Source of the DNA: Hydrurus foetidus | Lineage: Eukaryota | DNA: 51,418 nucleotides | Assembly: GCA_900617105.1 (NCBI GenBank) | Contig: UYFQ01000073.1 | Location: 1 to 51,418 of the forward strand | Direction of reading: 5' to 3' | Shown here: in pieces, positions 1 through 13,059 of the stretch | How positions within the stretch are numbered: the first letter of the stretch is position 1 | Layout: each line of letters starts with the position of its first letter | Program-made: the position numbers and the translations under genes | The notes under the pieces: model-generated | Told to the model about the DNA's origin: nothing | Databases searched by the model: none | What the model saw: the letters and a program-made list of their open reading frames with translations, nothing else

Positions 1-390
1 GGGGCATTGTTGAATCAAAAAATTGTTTCAACATCTTTCGAAACTCTTTGAAGCTTATCAATTAATAAAATGAACAAGTCAACATCTTGTTTTCTGATCA
101 CTGGCGTCGTTTGTCGTTTCGACAGGCACTGTGTGTGGTGAGGCCTGTGAGGTCGTCTCACTGTCCGTCCCCGAGTTGATTTGAAATTTGAAATTTGAAA
201 TTTTGCGACCCACGTCCACATTGAAGTCTGCGTCTTCAAGGATACTTGATACTTTTTTCGGCCAGAACTCAAACCCTCTACTGTACCTAAAGTAGGATAG
301 AAGATGCAGGACGAAGTGTCTGAAACGATATACCTCATCCTATGATTCGAATACAAATTACCAACAGAAAATCTAACTCAGTTTCGCAAC

Positions 391-1070
391 ATGACGCAAC
401 TTTTCCTCCTCTGCGTAGTACTTTTATTTGCTGGCAATGTCGAGTCTTTCAGATCACTCAAACAGTCTACCCGCGGATCTATCAAAATGTCTGCCAACAT
501 TTTTGACATCTCTTCTATCCTAACATCTGAACTGTTCAGCAGTCCATCCGCAAGGTTTGTTGCACTTTACAGAGTCTATCATAGCTTCATTCCAGCATGT
601 CGAAGTGAACGGAGCTGAGATAGGCTTGAAGACACCCATAATACACCTGAAAGTGTCATGACATTATTAACTCCATAATCTGACATAATCACCGTAGATA
701 CAATGGCGAGCTCATTCAGCAAGGTCTGAAGGCAGTGGAGCCAGTTGCAAAAGCGGCCAACTATGAATATGGAGCAGTGAACAATGACGCCACCCCCGTC
801 CTTGCGACATTCCTCCTCCTCTCGATTGCGATAGCTGCATTGGTGAGAGAATTTTACTGTATGCATATGTCGACTCCCACCATCAGTAAAGTTAATAACT
901 TAGGCAACGTCTTCTATCGTATACAGGTCCCATACATTTTGTCCATCGGTGAAGGTGCTGCCGCTCAGCAGAGAGGCAGAGAGGATGAAAACTTCATCGG
1001 AGACAATCAATTCGCCAAGAGAGCGAGGCTGGAGAGAGCGAAGAAGGAAGCGAGGAAGGGCTCTAAGTAA
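391..1070 (+). CDS. Small putative plastid-targeted single-pass membrane protein (3 exons), function unknown
   Basis: Exons 391-554, 698-842 and 927-1070 join in frame via GT-AG introns 555-697 and 843-926. The product has a hydrophobic signal peptide ending VES-F, then a Ser/Arg/Lys-rich transit-like stretch, matching the heterokont ASAF-type bipartite presequence. It continues YEYGAVNNDATP, a hydrophobic segment VLATFLLLSIAIAALVPYILSIG, and a charged tail. Confidence 0.75.
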
Positions 1071-3062
1071 ACGAAATGAAAATAAAACAATTCCTAAGAC
1101 TGTAACTGGACTTATGCGTAGTCTCAGTCAGTCACGCACGACAGCAGAGCAGACACTATTACTCATCACGAGAGATGAGAACTAATCTTCCTTCAGAATC
1201 GATTCATTTTTATTATAATTATTGCCCATACGCCATGAAATTAAGAGGATTGTGATGCTTAAGTTGGCTTGATTTGAACTCATAAATCTCGAAAATCAGG
1301 CGAAAGGAATATCTTATACATCTAATGTAATCTTAAAAGATTTTGTCGTCTATGCGGATTTCGCTTTTGGTCCCAAAGATCGATTTCATTGCTGCGATGG
1401 GATGCGCATCGGAATTCAATATTCCACTTCGCAGACAGTGATATTCTCACTACACTTTTCTTTTTCTTTTCCCTGCTACACACTGGATGTCAGACTCTAC
1501 GGATATTCGAAGCACACTTGACGTGTGTCTGGGAGATTAACATGGCAATGACTGTTTAACAATTTCACTAACCACTCGCGCACGATGTACTGTACAGCTT
1601 TGCCGTTACTTCGGACTGACCAAAATCTCAATTCGAAAGAAATTTAAAAAAGGCTTGTGAGCTGAATCCAAATTTGAATTAAGTGATAAAGAGAAATGAA
1701 AAGAAAGAAGGAGTAGCTAATTCTTTCAGCAAACGGACGGGCGAGATGAATGAGTACCGGCTTACGGCTTAATACAGCTCAATATGACACAACACAAAAC
1801 AGTGCGCGGTACGATGCAGTGACTGATGACTGTCACTCACTTCGCTTCGCTATCTTGTGTCATTCATTCGTTCATTCATCGTTATCGCTACAGTGCTGTA
1901 CAGATAAGTGCAGCTATCCTATCCTATCGATTCAATCGAACTCTATCACACCACATAACACGATATATATCACAAACACTTCTCCTATCACATTCATTCA
2001 ACCAAATAAAATACAATAAGATATACAGTGAGAAACGAATCGAGTCGGGTCGTACTGCCACGCTGTTTGGTCACCTAAGCATTTTTTGAGGAGCTAAAGA
2101 GGTAGAGGTAGAGAAAGAGGTAGAGAGAGGTGGTATAGATGATGAGTCTACGCCTGATGTCGATGCACACCAGGAGAGAAGAAGAGGAAAAAAAAGGTGA
2201 AGGACAAGAGAGAAGGAAAAGGGGAGGGGAGGAAGGAGAGAAAATAGAAGAGAAGAAGAGGTATTTGATTAGAATGAACAGGACTGAGTAGGAAGCACTG
2301 ATCAGATCATATCGGATCAGAAACAGGATGGCTGATCTAGTCAATCAATCAATGACTGAGTGAAAGAGGGCCCACTAAAAGAAATCAAATAGAATTACGA
2401 ACTATTATATCACTCCCCCTACACCTTATATGGAACAACGAACAATGTACAGTACAAACATGAACTAACCAAATGCAAGAAATCAAAAATAATGCAGATC
2501 AACATACTTAAGATTATCTATGTGCATGCATACATGGCACGAGAGGGGGAGGAAAGGAGGGGATGGAACAGGAAGAGAAGGAACGATTAATCTTTTCTTT
2601 TCATTTCATAAACTACGATGTACTGACATATTTCTCTATTGACGATTGCAAGATAATAGTAAAATAGAATTGTTAGCTGCCCTTCACATCAACACAGGCG
2701 CCTTGCTTTCCTTTCTCTTCACCAAGTTGAAGGGAAGGGAGAAGACAGGGGACAGGAAAGTGGACCAGATAGAGACTATAGGATTGGAGAGCTCATAGAA
2801 AGAGAGAGAGAGATAGAGATAGAGAGAAAGAGGGAGAAAGAGAAAGAGGGAGAGAAAGAGAGAGGGCTGGTAGGGAATGCAGTTTTCTTCACTCCATGTC
2901 GATGTAGCGGTCTTTTTTCTTTTCTTTCTTACTTATTCAATCCCCTCTTTCTTTTCTTATCTTGTCTGTCACTTCATCGGAACATTGTCGATACGGCGCT
3001 ACAGCATTGATGGTCACTCATCGATACCACACACCACATCACATTGAATCCTCATCCTCTCT

Positions 3063-6000
3063 TTACTTGTAGATGTTGGCGTATGCCCACCATGTCTCTG
3101 TGCACGTCTCGAGAGCCTTCACAAAAGCTGCTGCTGACTCGCTGGCCGCTTGATCCTTGGCAGAACCGTCTCTATCAAAGGCCCAATTATTAAGTGCCTC
3201 TCTTCTGTCAAGCTCTCTCCTCGCTGCTCTCCTTGATTCTTGCTCGCACACTAAGTCGCACACCTCTTGCATGCGCAGTGACGCGAAGGTGGTGAATGCT
3301 CTCATCTCTTCCACCGCATCTCTCTTCCGCGCCATGCTACAATAAGAGCGAGACCTGTGCACTGAGCGGTGATCTTGACTGTCCCTCGAATCGTCCGTTA
3401 GATCCCCTTCACTGCTCTCTCTCTCCCTCTCATCGCTGCTACTGTGATCCTCAAGGCGAGTACTTCTACTTTTCTCATCCACTCTGCCTGCACTCCATCT
3501 ACCTCCTCTAGCCTTGTGCGGTGACACAGAAGATGTCTCCTTCTCCATTTCCTGTGATGGCTGCACAGCTCTGCGTCTATGTTTCCTCGACCCTGGGGGA
3601 AAGGGAGAGGGGTTGAGCGCTTCCGTGTAGCAGTCCAACTCTTCCCTCAGCAGAGGTGTATCCATCAGGCAGGACAGAACGTCCTTGAACAGAGCAGTTG
3701 CACCTGGTGCTAGTCCCCCCTGCATCCCCTCTCCGCCCCTAACTGAACACTCTCCTCCTTCTTTCGATCCGGTTGGGTGAGAGGGGAGAGAGGTAGTGGA
3801 AGGAGAGTACATCCATGGATTGCGCTGCATGCAGAAGGACAGTAGGGCATGTGTAGCGTCTCCTAACGGCTCGTCTAGCACTAGATTGCCGTTACCGCCC
3901 TGCATCTCTTCCTCTCCCTCCTCCAATCTATGCTGCTCTCCCTCAGTCACCCTCGCCCTCTTTCTATCTTTCTCACTGCTTGAAGACGCTGCTGTATTAG
4001 AATTCGACATCACTCTAGCACTACCGGAAGGCCCGGTATACTCATTCCCTCTACTACTAGTCCTCGGAACAGAATTCATATTAGACCCCTTCATGTTATT
4101 TGGAATCGACCCAAGGTCCGCACCTCCTTGATGTGACGTCATGTAAGAAGAGGGTGCGTATCTTTCTCCTTCACTCATAGGCATGAGCACAACGTATTTC
4201 TCCTCTGAAGTCATGTCATCCCTTTCACCTGTTAACGCTGCCTGTGCTTGGCTGATAAGAATAGGCATCATCATTCCCTTTCCATGACTCTCCTCTGAAT
4301 CTGTCTCTACACCATGTCCGTGTGCCTCATACTCCTCCCTCTCTCTGACTGATGGGGACAAGTTCTTGACAACAAGTGGCTTGGAGGCCCAGTGCGCGTG
4401 GTCGTCCATGAGGGTAGCAATTACTGGTTGACTCTTCGAAGCCATAGGATAGTTGCTCGTTGGGATGGTGATAGGAGCCACTTTGGGGGGCATATCTTTG
4501 CCCTGGCCCTGTCTGACATTTTGCTGGTAATTCAGATATCTCGCATGCATCATTTGTGCCTGTGTCTGCACTTGGGATTGAGAATGAATTTGTCCGTGCA
4601 CCTGCTGGCCGTACAGTAATTGATGCGGGGCGGGGGGGCGGTAGCCGATTTGAGCCGTATGTGGCCGTGGCTGCTGCAAATAAGCCGGGTAAATACTTCC
4701 ATACGCATCTCTGTCGTAGGAATAGGATTGTTTTCTGGAGTCGGGGGGGCAGGACGGATCGGGCGGGTACCCACCCCCCGGCCACTGTGTATTGGCGCTA
4801 CTACCGTGGTGTGCGTGTACGTGGTGTGCGTGCATGTGACTCCCTCTCTTGTGCTGCCCTTGTCCCTCTCCCCCTGATACAGACACTGAACTGATTGAAC
4901 TCCTGTCATTGCCTCCCTTGCTGTCGCACAGACTGCCACTTGATTGAGAGTTGTCTGTAGCTGCTTCGGAAGGATCGTCAGAATCAGGCGACCTGTTGCC
5001 GTCACTACTGCTCCCTGGTGCACATGTAACGGACGACACTGGCAGTGTGTGCGCACTAGATGAGCCGTAGAGAAAGGCTAGAGATGACACGGCATGTGAT
5101 GTTGAGGAGTCTCTCTCCCTCCCGTCTCTCTTATCCACCAGTCGCACACTATCCCATGTCTGCATGGCATGCTGAGACAGTCTGTTGTTCTTTAAATCTA
5201 TCTTGCTCGGGTCATTCATATACTCTGGATGGTAGGAGTCACTAGGAATGCGCATTTGATATTCGTCTTCGTATCCCCACTGCTTGTGATTGGTACCGTG
5301 AACATTTTGGCCGTAATAGTACATTCCGGCTGAATTGTGTGCGTTATCTCCGCGCAGAACTTTCAACGTGCTTGCCATCTCATGTTCCTGCAGTCCGACC
5401 GATGCGGCATATACCTCGTATAACCGCTTCTCACCACCCGCAGCGGAACTTATTGGCAATGTACTCGTGTTTGTTTTTCTTCTTAATCTGTTTTAGTGTC
5501 GTGGTTATATATTGTCCATGTTAAATTATGTCATGATTATCGCTAGTTGTTCGAAACATTCGAATAGAGGCATCTGTTGTCACACCCTCTATACCTGTCG
5601 AGCAGATCTGGTTTATTTCTTTGAAAGCAGTCATGTGAGTATATCCAGGAACTTCTTTCCTTGCTCACTTTCTAAATTTGGTAAAATTCAAGGACATGAA
5701 AACGTTAATTGATTTTCATCGTGTTGTCATATCAACTACGTAGGAAAGGTTGGTCTCGATTCAATCTACAACGTAATTGTTTAACTATACAGAAGTTAGG
5801 AAGAATATGGATGATTCGACCCAACGGACCTTGAATGAGTAAAAGTTCAGTTGCCTTACAAAAGACTGAAACCGAGCATGTCGAAAATACTTGGGGAGAA
5901 TTTCAAGTTCAAGTCTTTTAGGTTCCTTTACTTCGAAAGCTGATCCATCTAGTAAGTCGAGTAACAGATATTAAGACATCACTCGAAAAGCAGTTCAGCC

Positions 6001-6229
6001 ACTCACGTAGCGGGAATTTTGTCAAGCACTAACAACTGAGTCAAGTGATGATACCTTGCGTCCAGCAGACAATATCGGATGACTCAGCGGAGTCTAATAT
6101 CTCATACAGTTTCTTCGTGAATGATGATCCTGACGTATTGAACCCATTCGGTGAACGCTCCTCATCGTCTTCTCCTATTGATGACGTTCTCGAGAGCCCA
6201 GTTTGCGAAACATTAAGAGTAGTCGGCAT
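3063..6229 (-). CDS. Heat-shock-factor (HSF) DNA-binding-domain transcription factor (4 exons)
   Basis: Exons ~6229-6055, 5948-5830, 5671-5595 and 5487-3063 splice in frame to give FTKKLYEIL...IVCWTQDGSAFEVKEPKRLELEILPKYFRHARFQSFVRQLNFYSFKKV...YSHDCFQRNKPDLLDRLRRK. This is the classic HSF DNA-binding domain. The start codon is uncertain; the first in-frame ATG is at 6229. Confidence 0.92.
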
Positions 6230-7728
6230 AACACTGGAATTTGCACGTTGCTCCACCGTTTGACTGAAGATACTTCCTCTAGATCGGCTTACTCAATCGA
6301 ATTGCCAGTGCCCTCCTGATACCTTTGGTTGAAGAATTAGCATCGAGGAGGTCTTCTAAATATCTTCCAGCTAGAATCCATCGTAAAAATAACAGATTTT
6401 CCCGCATCAAGATTTCCAAATCGTTGAAGTGCGTATCTACTTTTATCCCATGCGTACGTATGATTGCAGTGTAGGTACACAGGGGGACTGCAGTTTGCCC
6501 TACGTTTGACATTTTTTTGTGTTCCAACTGAGTTGAAGTCAGACAAGGGGGTCCCCAAAATTTTAGATCACACGATTATGGCACGTACGTATTGTCATAC
6601 GTAATCGTACCTCTTCCTGCGGCAACTGCAATCTGTAGACCGGTTACCGGTAGAAGACGGTACGTACTAGGTTGGAGTTTCAGTGTTAGATCATGATTCC
6701 CAAGTTCTTCGACGCATCATAAGAGGTGCAGATTGCTGTGTGGGAAAGATAATTTTCTGCTTCTGATTCGCTGACAGTGTGTCGGCAGCAACGAAAGAAT
6801 CTTCAACTGTGATGCCAATTATTCAGGTAGGTCTCGAAAAACTTTCGCAACACAAGAAGATTATTCCTAGAGGAATCGAACTCGCTCTTCTGGTGAGAAC
6901 AATAAGCATGCCGTTAGTAAATATTCTTCCGTTCAAAGGGGCTCCTTTCAATACCCCCTTTGTTCGTTCGTGCATGTGGTGGGACACGGTCTCAGTATAA
7001 TAGATTCAAAATAACTTCGCACAAAATATTTGGGAGCTGAAAACGAAAAGGAACATTCTTCACGCTTCACAAATTTTTACAGGACATACTCAAAAAGTGA
7101 TCTCGTTGAAGCATCGTTCACTTCAAGGAATGGAAATTGGTTTCAATTTCAATCGATAGAATTGAATATCAGAACAGTTTAACATGGCTTTACACGGAGA
7201 GAAAATCTCAGCTGTACAGTAAATGATCTTTAATTATGTAGATTATTACGCACAAATCATATAATAGTCATTAGTGGAGGAGAGAAGAGAAGAGAAGAGT
7301 TACTTGATCTTCGCAGTCAATAGTCGCACAGCCTACTGTACTTTCAAGGGGACCAATCTACTCGTGAGATCGATAGAGCTGTAGAGGATCTCGCTCTATT
7401 CTTCAAATATATGACCAAGTTTAGTAGCTGAAATGCAGGTGTCACTCAATCCAACAATGTCTTCGAGTAGGTAAAATTAAAATAGCATTCGTTAGATGGG
7501 CTGACTCTTCCACGTCAGTTAGTTCTGTTCCTCATCTCAGAAAAGCTCTTTCGATATTCTGTATGAATCAGATTTCTCCGTTGGTTGGAAGTCTCGTCTA
7601 CTGTACAGTAGTGAATGTTATGAGAAATTCATCCTTGGGATTGAATCCTTTTTTGTCGTGCGAGATTCTTGAGAACTTCATGCTGCTAATCCTTCGATGT
7701 CTTCAACAGCTCACCGAGATCCAACTGA

Positions 7729-8064
7729 TTACAAGGCGATTCCGACGACTGTGCATATGCAGGTCATTGTTTCATTTTCAAATTTTGCTGTGACTGAGCC
7801 ATCCGTTACAGCATCCCACAGTGCTGCACATTCATAATGGAGTCCGGCCCCCACTTTTTGAACTATAATAGATGACACGATAAATTTGAAATTCGGGGAT
7901 ACTTCGTCCCTCAGCTTTACAAGTAAGTTAGATCCAATTGAATCAATCCATTCCGATGTTTTCGCAGCGGAGTAATTTGACCCATCCAAAACACCAGTCA
8001 TCACTTCGACAGCAATTGGAAGTACTAGCTTGCATATCTGCGGGAATTCAAATTGATCCGCCAT
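7729..8064 (-). CDS. DYNLT1: Dynein light chain, Tctex-1 family
   Basis: Intronless 111-aa ORF with Tctex-1 hallmarks: Y...KTSEWIDSI...L, PNFKFIVSSIIVQKVGAGLH, ALWDAVTDGSVTAKFENETMTCICTVVGIAL. Assignment to a specific paralogue is uncertain. Confidence 0.9.
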   Translation of the reverse strand: MADQFEFPQICKLVLPIAVEVMTGVLDGSNYSAAKTSEWIDSIGSNLLVKLRDEVSPNFKFIVSSIIVQKVGAGLHYECAALWDAVTDGSVTAKFENETMTCICTVVGIAL

Positions 8065-10319
8065 CAAAGAGCTGTCGGAAGGTATCAGTTCCAGCAGTAA
8101 TCACTTCAAAAAAGAAAATATGGAGCACTCACGACAACTCCTGTGTAATATGCAGGAAACGGTTGGGTTCAAGATTCCGCCACTGCTGGGAAACGTGATG
8201 GAAGACAGGATCGATCCAAAAGAGAGAAAGAAGAGACACACACATGAGAGAGAACCGTTTGAAACCGACCGGATATACCGGATTATAACGGACCCTATCC
8301 GTTGTACCGTGTGAAATGTAGGATGCGCTGTGCAGTGCCTACAACCTACAAAAGTCTCTCTTATCTCCTGCGCTCTGAAGTGGACTTCTGTGATATATTT
8401 GAGTTTTTGAGGGACTACGTAACATTTAAGATTGTGTTAATATCAGGAGTGACACATATCTCATTAAGATCATCACTTCCTGAAAGGAATCGTTTCGAAA
8501 GATAAGCAGCATGACAGCATGACAGCATGACATGGTAATTAACTCACAGATAGAAAGTGATCTCGAAAAATCTTAGTGCTTTACCCACGTCGCCCTGAAA
8601 GTGCGCTGCTCATTAATCCGTGACTCTACTGTGCCCGTTGCATGGCACTTGTCTACCTTGCTGTTCAGTCAGTCATGCATCAAGTTAAATCAGATCAGAT
8701 CAAATCAAACCAAATCAAATCAAATCAAATCGAACCAAAGCATATAGCATTTTTAGTCTACGATTATTCTAACTTATCCCTCCTAGAGAGATCTCTCAGC
8801 TGGGGAGTGGGAAAAGGGGACTGAGGAATATTTCACATCTTGCGAAGCTCGGAAGGAGAGACACTGATGCGTGTGCCTCTTGACATGTTGTTGCCGTTGA
8901 GACAATGAGAGGAGTATGCCAAACAGATTGATTACTGTCCCGTTGTGAAGTGAAGAGGCTCACATCGAATAGTACATAAATTAACAGATCTTTCAGACGA
9001 GAATTTCGGGTGTTTTTTTTTGTACAATTGGACAAACATGCATTCAAAAAAGAAAAAGAAAAAGAAAAAAATGAAGAGAAAAAGAGAATAAGAAATAATT
9101 AAACAGAAAGGAGAAAATTGTGTGAGTAGAAATGAGCGAATGTGAGGAATGACCACGGTCATAATCGCTAATATTTGTCTCTATCGTTATGGCAATTTAA
9201 ACGTGAGAGAGCACTATCAGATTGAAACTTTAAAAAGCGGAAAGCTACTTCTGGAATTTTTCAGATTCAATTTCAGATCCAGATCCAGAGTTCTATTAGA
9301 CGTGAAGATGAAAATAGAAATATGACGCACAACTTGAGTTGTTGATTGAATTCGAATCTACAGCGCTATCAGCCCATCATCAGTTGTCTCAAGTAACAAG
9401 AGCACTCATCGTCAAAATTCCGTTTTTCTGATGCCGTAAATAGTAAATATATATATTTCATGTTGATGTTCCTCGTCGTTACTTCAGACTATGCTCATGG
9501 AAACTCAAAGTTAAGTTCGAATTCGATTCTGAATTGGAATCTAAAATTTTGAAGAGATTTAATCGCTGTCATTCCATTCCGTCCCTTTCCGCAATTTCAT
9601 TTCGTTTTCAGTGGTTACTTCTTGTGTACTACCCTCATCGATTTGACATGATTCGATCTCATTCCACACAATTTGATTTTATTTAGTTTCATCCGGATTC
9701 AATTCATACTGTACCATACCATACCATACCATACCAAGCAATCATTAGGCTTCTTTCTCCCTTTTTCACGCTATTCTGCTTGTGACGTCCTGTCCTGTTC
9801 TGTCCTATTGCCGATGGTATCATCATCTTGTCATCACCTTGTTATTATGGGTATATGGGTATACTATCTGGCACTGGTTTGAATGACCCCTAGTGCACTC
9901 GTAGGGGGTGGCGTACGTCATTGAACTGATTGACTGCACAGCTTAGTCAAGTCCCACTTTGTGTTGCTATCCTTAATGTGTCTTCGTGCCACTTTGTGTT
10001 GCTGTATATCGCCTTATTGAGCTGTGCCGTGCGATGCTAAGTATGACAGCGTTGATTACCATAGCGCACTCTTCCGCACTGTGCTGTACTGAATTGCACC
10101 AAACTGTGCTATTATGCACAATGCTGGATTCTGTTGCACTGCAATTCACTTTTCTACATCGCACTTCGCTTCCTTACACTGCATCGCGCGGCATTGCACC
10201 ACACTGTGTTGTGTTGTATTGAGCTTCTCCAATTACTGTGATATGGGTTGCCATCGCCATGCGCCTTCATGTATTCCATTGCGCTGCGCTGTTTTTTGAG
10301 TACTGTCTATTAATGTGTT

Positions 10320-10412
10320 CTGTATTGTATTGTATTGTATTGTATTGTATTGTATTGTATTGTATTGTATTGTATTGTATTGTATTGTATTGTATTGTAT
10401 TGTATTGTATTG
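10320..10412. repeat. (TTGTA)n microsatellite
   Basis: Direct tandem pentamer run. Confidence 0.95.
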
Positions 10413-10815
10413 TTCTGCACTATCTTGTTCTGTTCTGTTCTGTCTTACGGTCCTCTACTGGGGCCATACATGTTACGCAATTCTACGCTATGCTGTGCAC
10501 TTCACTGCACTGCTGTGCACTTTCATTCATTCCTATGTTGATTGCGGGGCTGCTATTCCTCTCGTATCATTTGCATGCTCCTTCCGACACAGCCGTGTGT
10601 GTGTTGTTGCGCCATGCCGTCGCTACACCTCACGTTACGCCATGCATGTCGTGTTATGCTGCAGCTAACTTTCCTCTCATTGATCCACCATACTTCATCG
10701 TAGCTGTTACTCTCGCATTAGTACAATTAGCACCATCCAAATCTACCTGCGATCGATTTCAATTCATACACGCAATCCTATCCCATCCTATCCCATCACT
10801 CACCTCTCACCTCTC

Positions 10816-13059
10816 TCACTTCGCGAGTGATGCGGAGGAGGAGTATATTTCAATTCTTGTCACAGCGGTGTAGATACACACTGCCAGCACGTACAGAATA
10901 TGCATGCACAGAAACACGAGGAACATTCGGAAATTGTGGAGGTTCTTCTTTGCAATGCATTTGCCAGTCCACTGTCGTAAAGTGCCATGAGATGTGTGGA
11001 TGAGAATAAGGTATCACTCAGACGTATGGGTTGAGATAAGACAAAATAAGTAGAGATAAGACAACATTAGATAAAATTAGAAAGGATTGGATAAATAAAA
11101 TACAAAAAGATTAGATAAAATAAGATTAGACAAAATAAGACGAGATAAAATAAGATAAGTAATGACAAATGAGATCAAATAGAATGTGATGGGACAAGAT
11201 GAAATTGTTTTGCATTGCATTAGGTGAGATGAGGGGAGGTGAATGAAGACGATGTAAAACGTGCAGTGCAGATAGATATCATATTGTTTATCATCCCATC
11301 ATAGAGAGTGAAATAACACTGTTTGCAAAGAGCTTCACAACATCGTCTCATGAACTCAACCATAAGATAAACTTCAATATTCTGTCACTTCTTACCGGGC
11401 AGTGGTGATCTAACTCATCCACACACACACCACACTCATAGCAATGCGCAGCCGTGACAGGCCTGCTGACGTGACATTGGCCGCACTCCATACGGCCAAC
11501 CAGAGAAGCACTCGCCCCGTTACCCACACCAACACCGGGGCTCGAATCCCTGCGAATATGAACTCTTTTTTTCTTCGTTTCTCCACCCTCGGAACACTCA
11601 GACCCTGGACTGCACCCCACGTCACATCCGGGGTCCCCTCGGGCCACTCCTACGATGTCATCCCCATTTTCAGAGTGGGTAGAGTTTCCGCCTACAGGGG
11701 TGAGGAACACAATGCCCGGATCGCTACACGCCGTACATGTGTAGAACCTGTTGAGGGAAAGATAGAAATGGAGGGAATTGAGATGAAGGTGAAATTGAGG
11801 TTGATTAGACATGTAGTGAAGATTAAGTCAGAATGCCATTGAGCTTAAATTTGAGTTAGTTTTACAGTGTCTTTGATGACTGCGTCTTTGTCGATGAGTG
11901 TGAATAATGTGGGATGATAAAATATCCTTTCATTCCTCGGTGAGAGTTAAGAATTAAGAATTAAGAGTTGAGAATTAAGAGTTAAGAATTAAGAGTTGAG
12001 AATTAAGAGTTGAGAATTAAGAGTTGAGAATTAAGAGTTGAGAATTAAGAATTAAGAGTTGAGAATTAAGAGTTGAGAATTAAGAGTTGAGAATTAAGAG
12101 TTGAAATTATCAGCGAGGTAGTAGCTTCGTCAACCGATCAGTGGAAAGGAAACACTCTAGTTCGCCAGTTTACTGCAATCAATTGGTTAGCGCACAAGTC
12201 GTGAGTCGAGTGCCCATATTATTTGTTTTGTCACGTGACGTAACGTCGTATTACATAAAATCATTTCATATCGTGTCATGTCACATAGCATAACATCGCA
12301 TAACGTAACGTAACTTGGTCGTGTCATGTTAAATTGCATGACATGATATCATACAGTATCACATCACGTCACATCACATCACATCACATCACATCACATC
12401 ACATCACATCACATCAAATGCCGTGTACAGTGTTGTGTAAGAAATGTTAATCGCACAGGAAATCCCTCAAAAAATAACATAAACAATCTTAAATTCATGA
12501 AAATACAACAAATTTAATTTAGTAAGTATTAGTGGAATCTCAGGGTAAAGGGACTTACCACAGAGTCAGTGCGCATGTCACGGTTCCTATCACAACAGCA
12601 GCTGGGTGCAGTAAGTACGCTACGTTCATCAAGAAGAACACTGTAGGCACTATTATCATTCCGAATGTGACGAACATGCACGGCCACTCAGGTCCCACCT
12701 AAAATGAGAAAGGAAAGAAAAGGATAGGAAGAAAAAGAAAGAGAGGAAGACAAGGAAAAAGAGAAAGAAATATCGATTTAAATTGCTGATTAGAAAGGGT
12801 GTAAGATATCCTTCAAACAGTGATAATTTGACGAGATTGATGTGGCAGGGAAATAGCAAATCTAACAGATCTAACAATCAAATACTAAGAAAAAGCAGTA
12901 ATGAGATGAGATGAGATGAAAATGACTAGTCAGTTTTGATGACGTGTGATGACTTACAAAAATTTGATAAGGAAAATGAGAACTTCTTCTTCCGCACACG
13001 AGAGTGGACCTTCCGATTTTATGAGGGAAATAAACAAAAGTGTTATCTTCAATCCTCTC
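10816..13059 (-). CDS. DHHC-type palmitoyl acyltransferase (at least 4 exons; 5' end unresolved)
   Basis: Exons 13059-12958, 12698-12559, 11747-11396 and 10971-10816 join in frame: VGPEWPC plus TM segments, TACSDPG, then CGQCHVSRPVTAAHCYECGVCVDELDHHCP|WTGKCIAKKNLHNFRMFL. The first exon may be 13481-13440 (MHSCPCAKSFPVGE|gtgaat), but this is not certain. Confidence 0.9.
11942..12106. repeat. 7/14-bp tandem repeat (GAGTTGA/GAATTAA units) in a DHHC intron
   Basis: Alternating GAGTTGA and GAATTAA heptamers. Confidence 0.9.
12360..12415. repeat. (CACAT)n microsatellite
   Basis: Tandem pentamer in a DHHC intron. Confidence 0.9.

Noticed and set aside
5900..5945. Possible frameshift in the HSF DNA-binding domain
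   Set aside because: Careful reading gives GAA GTA AAG GAA CCT in frame, so the exon is intact.
6779..7500. Possible gene between HSF and Tctex-1
   Set aside because: Only short ORFs, with no recognisable motifs or convincing exon chain.
9883..9922. Small hairpin (CCCCTA...TAGGGG) as a Helitron end or terminator
   Set aside because: Too short, with no matching 5' end or other supporting element features.
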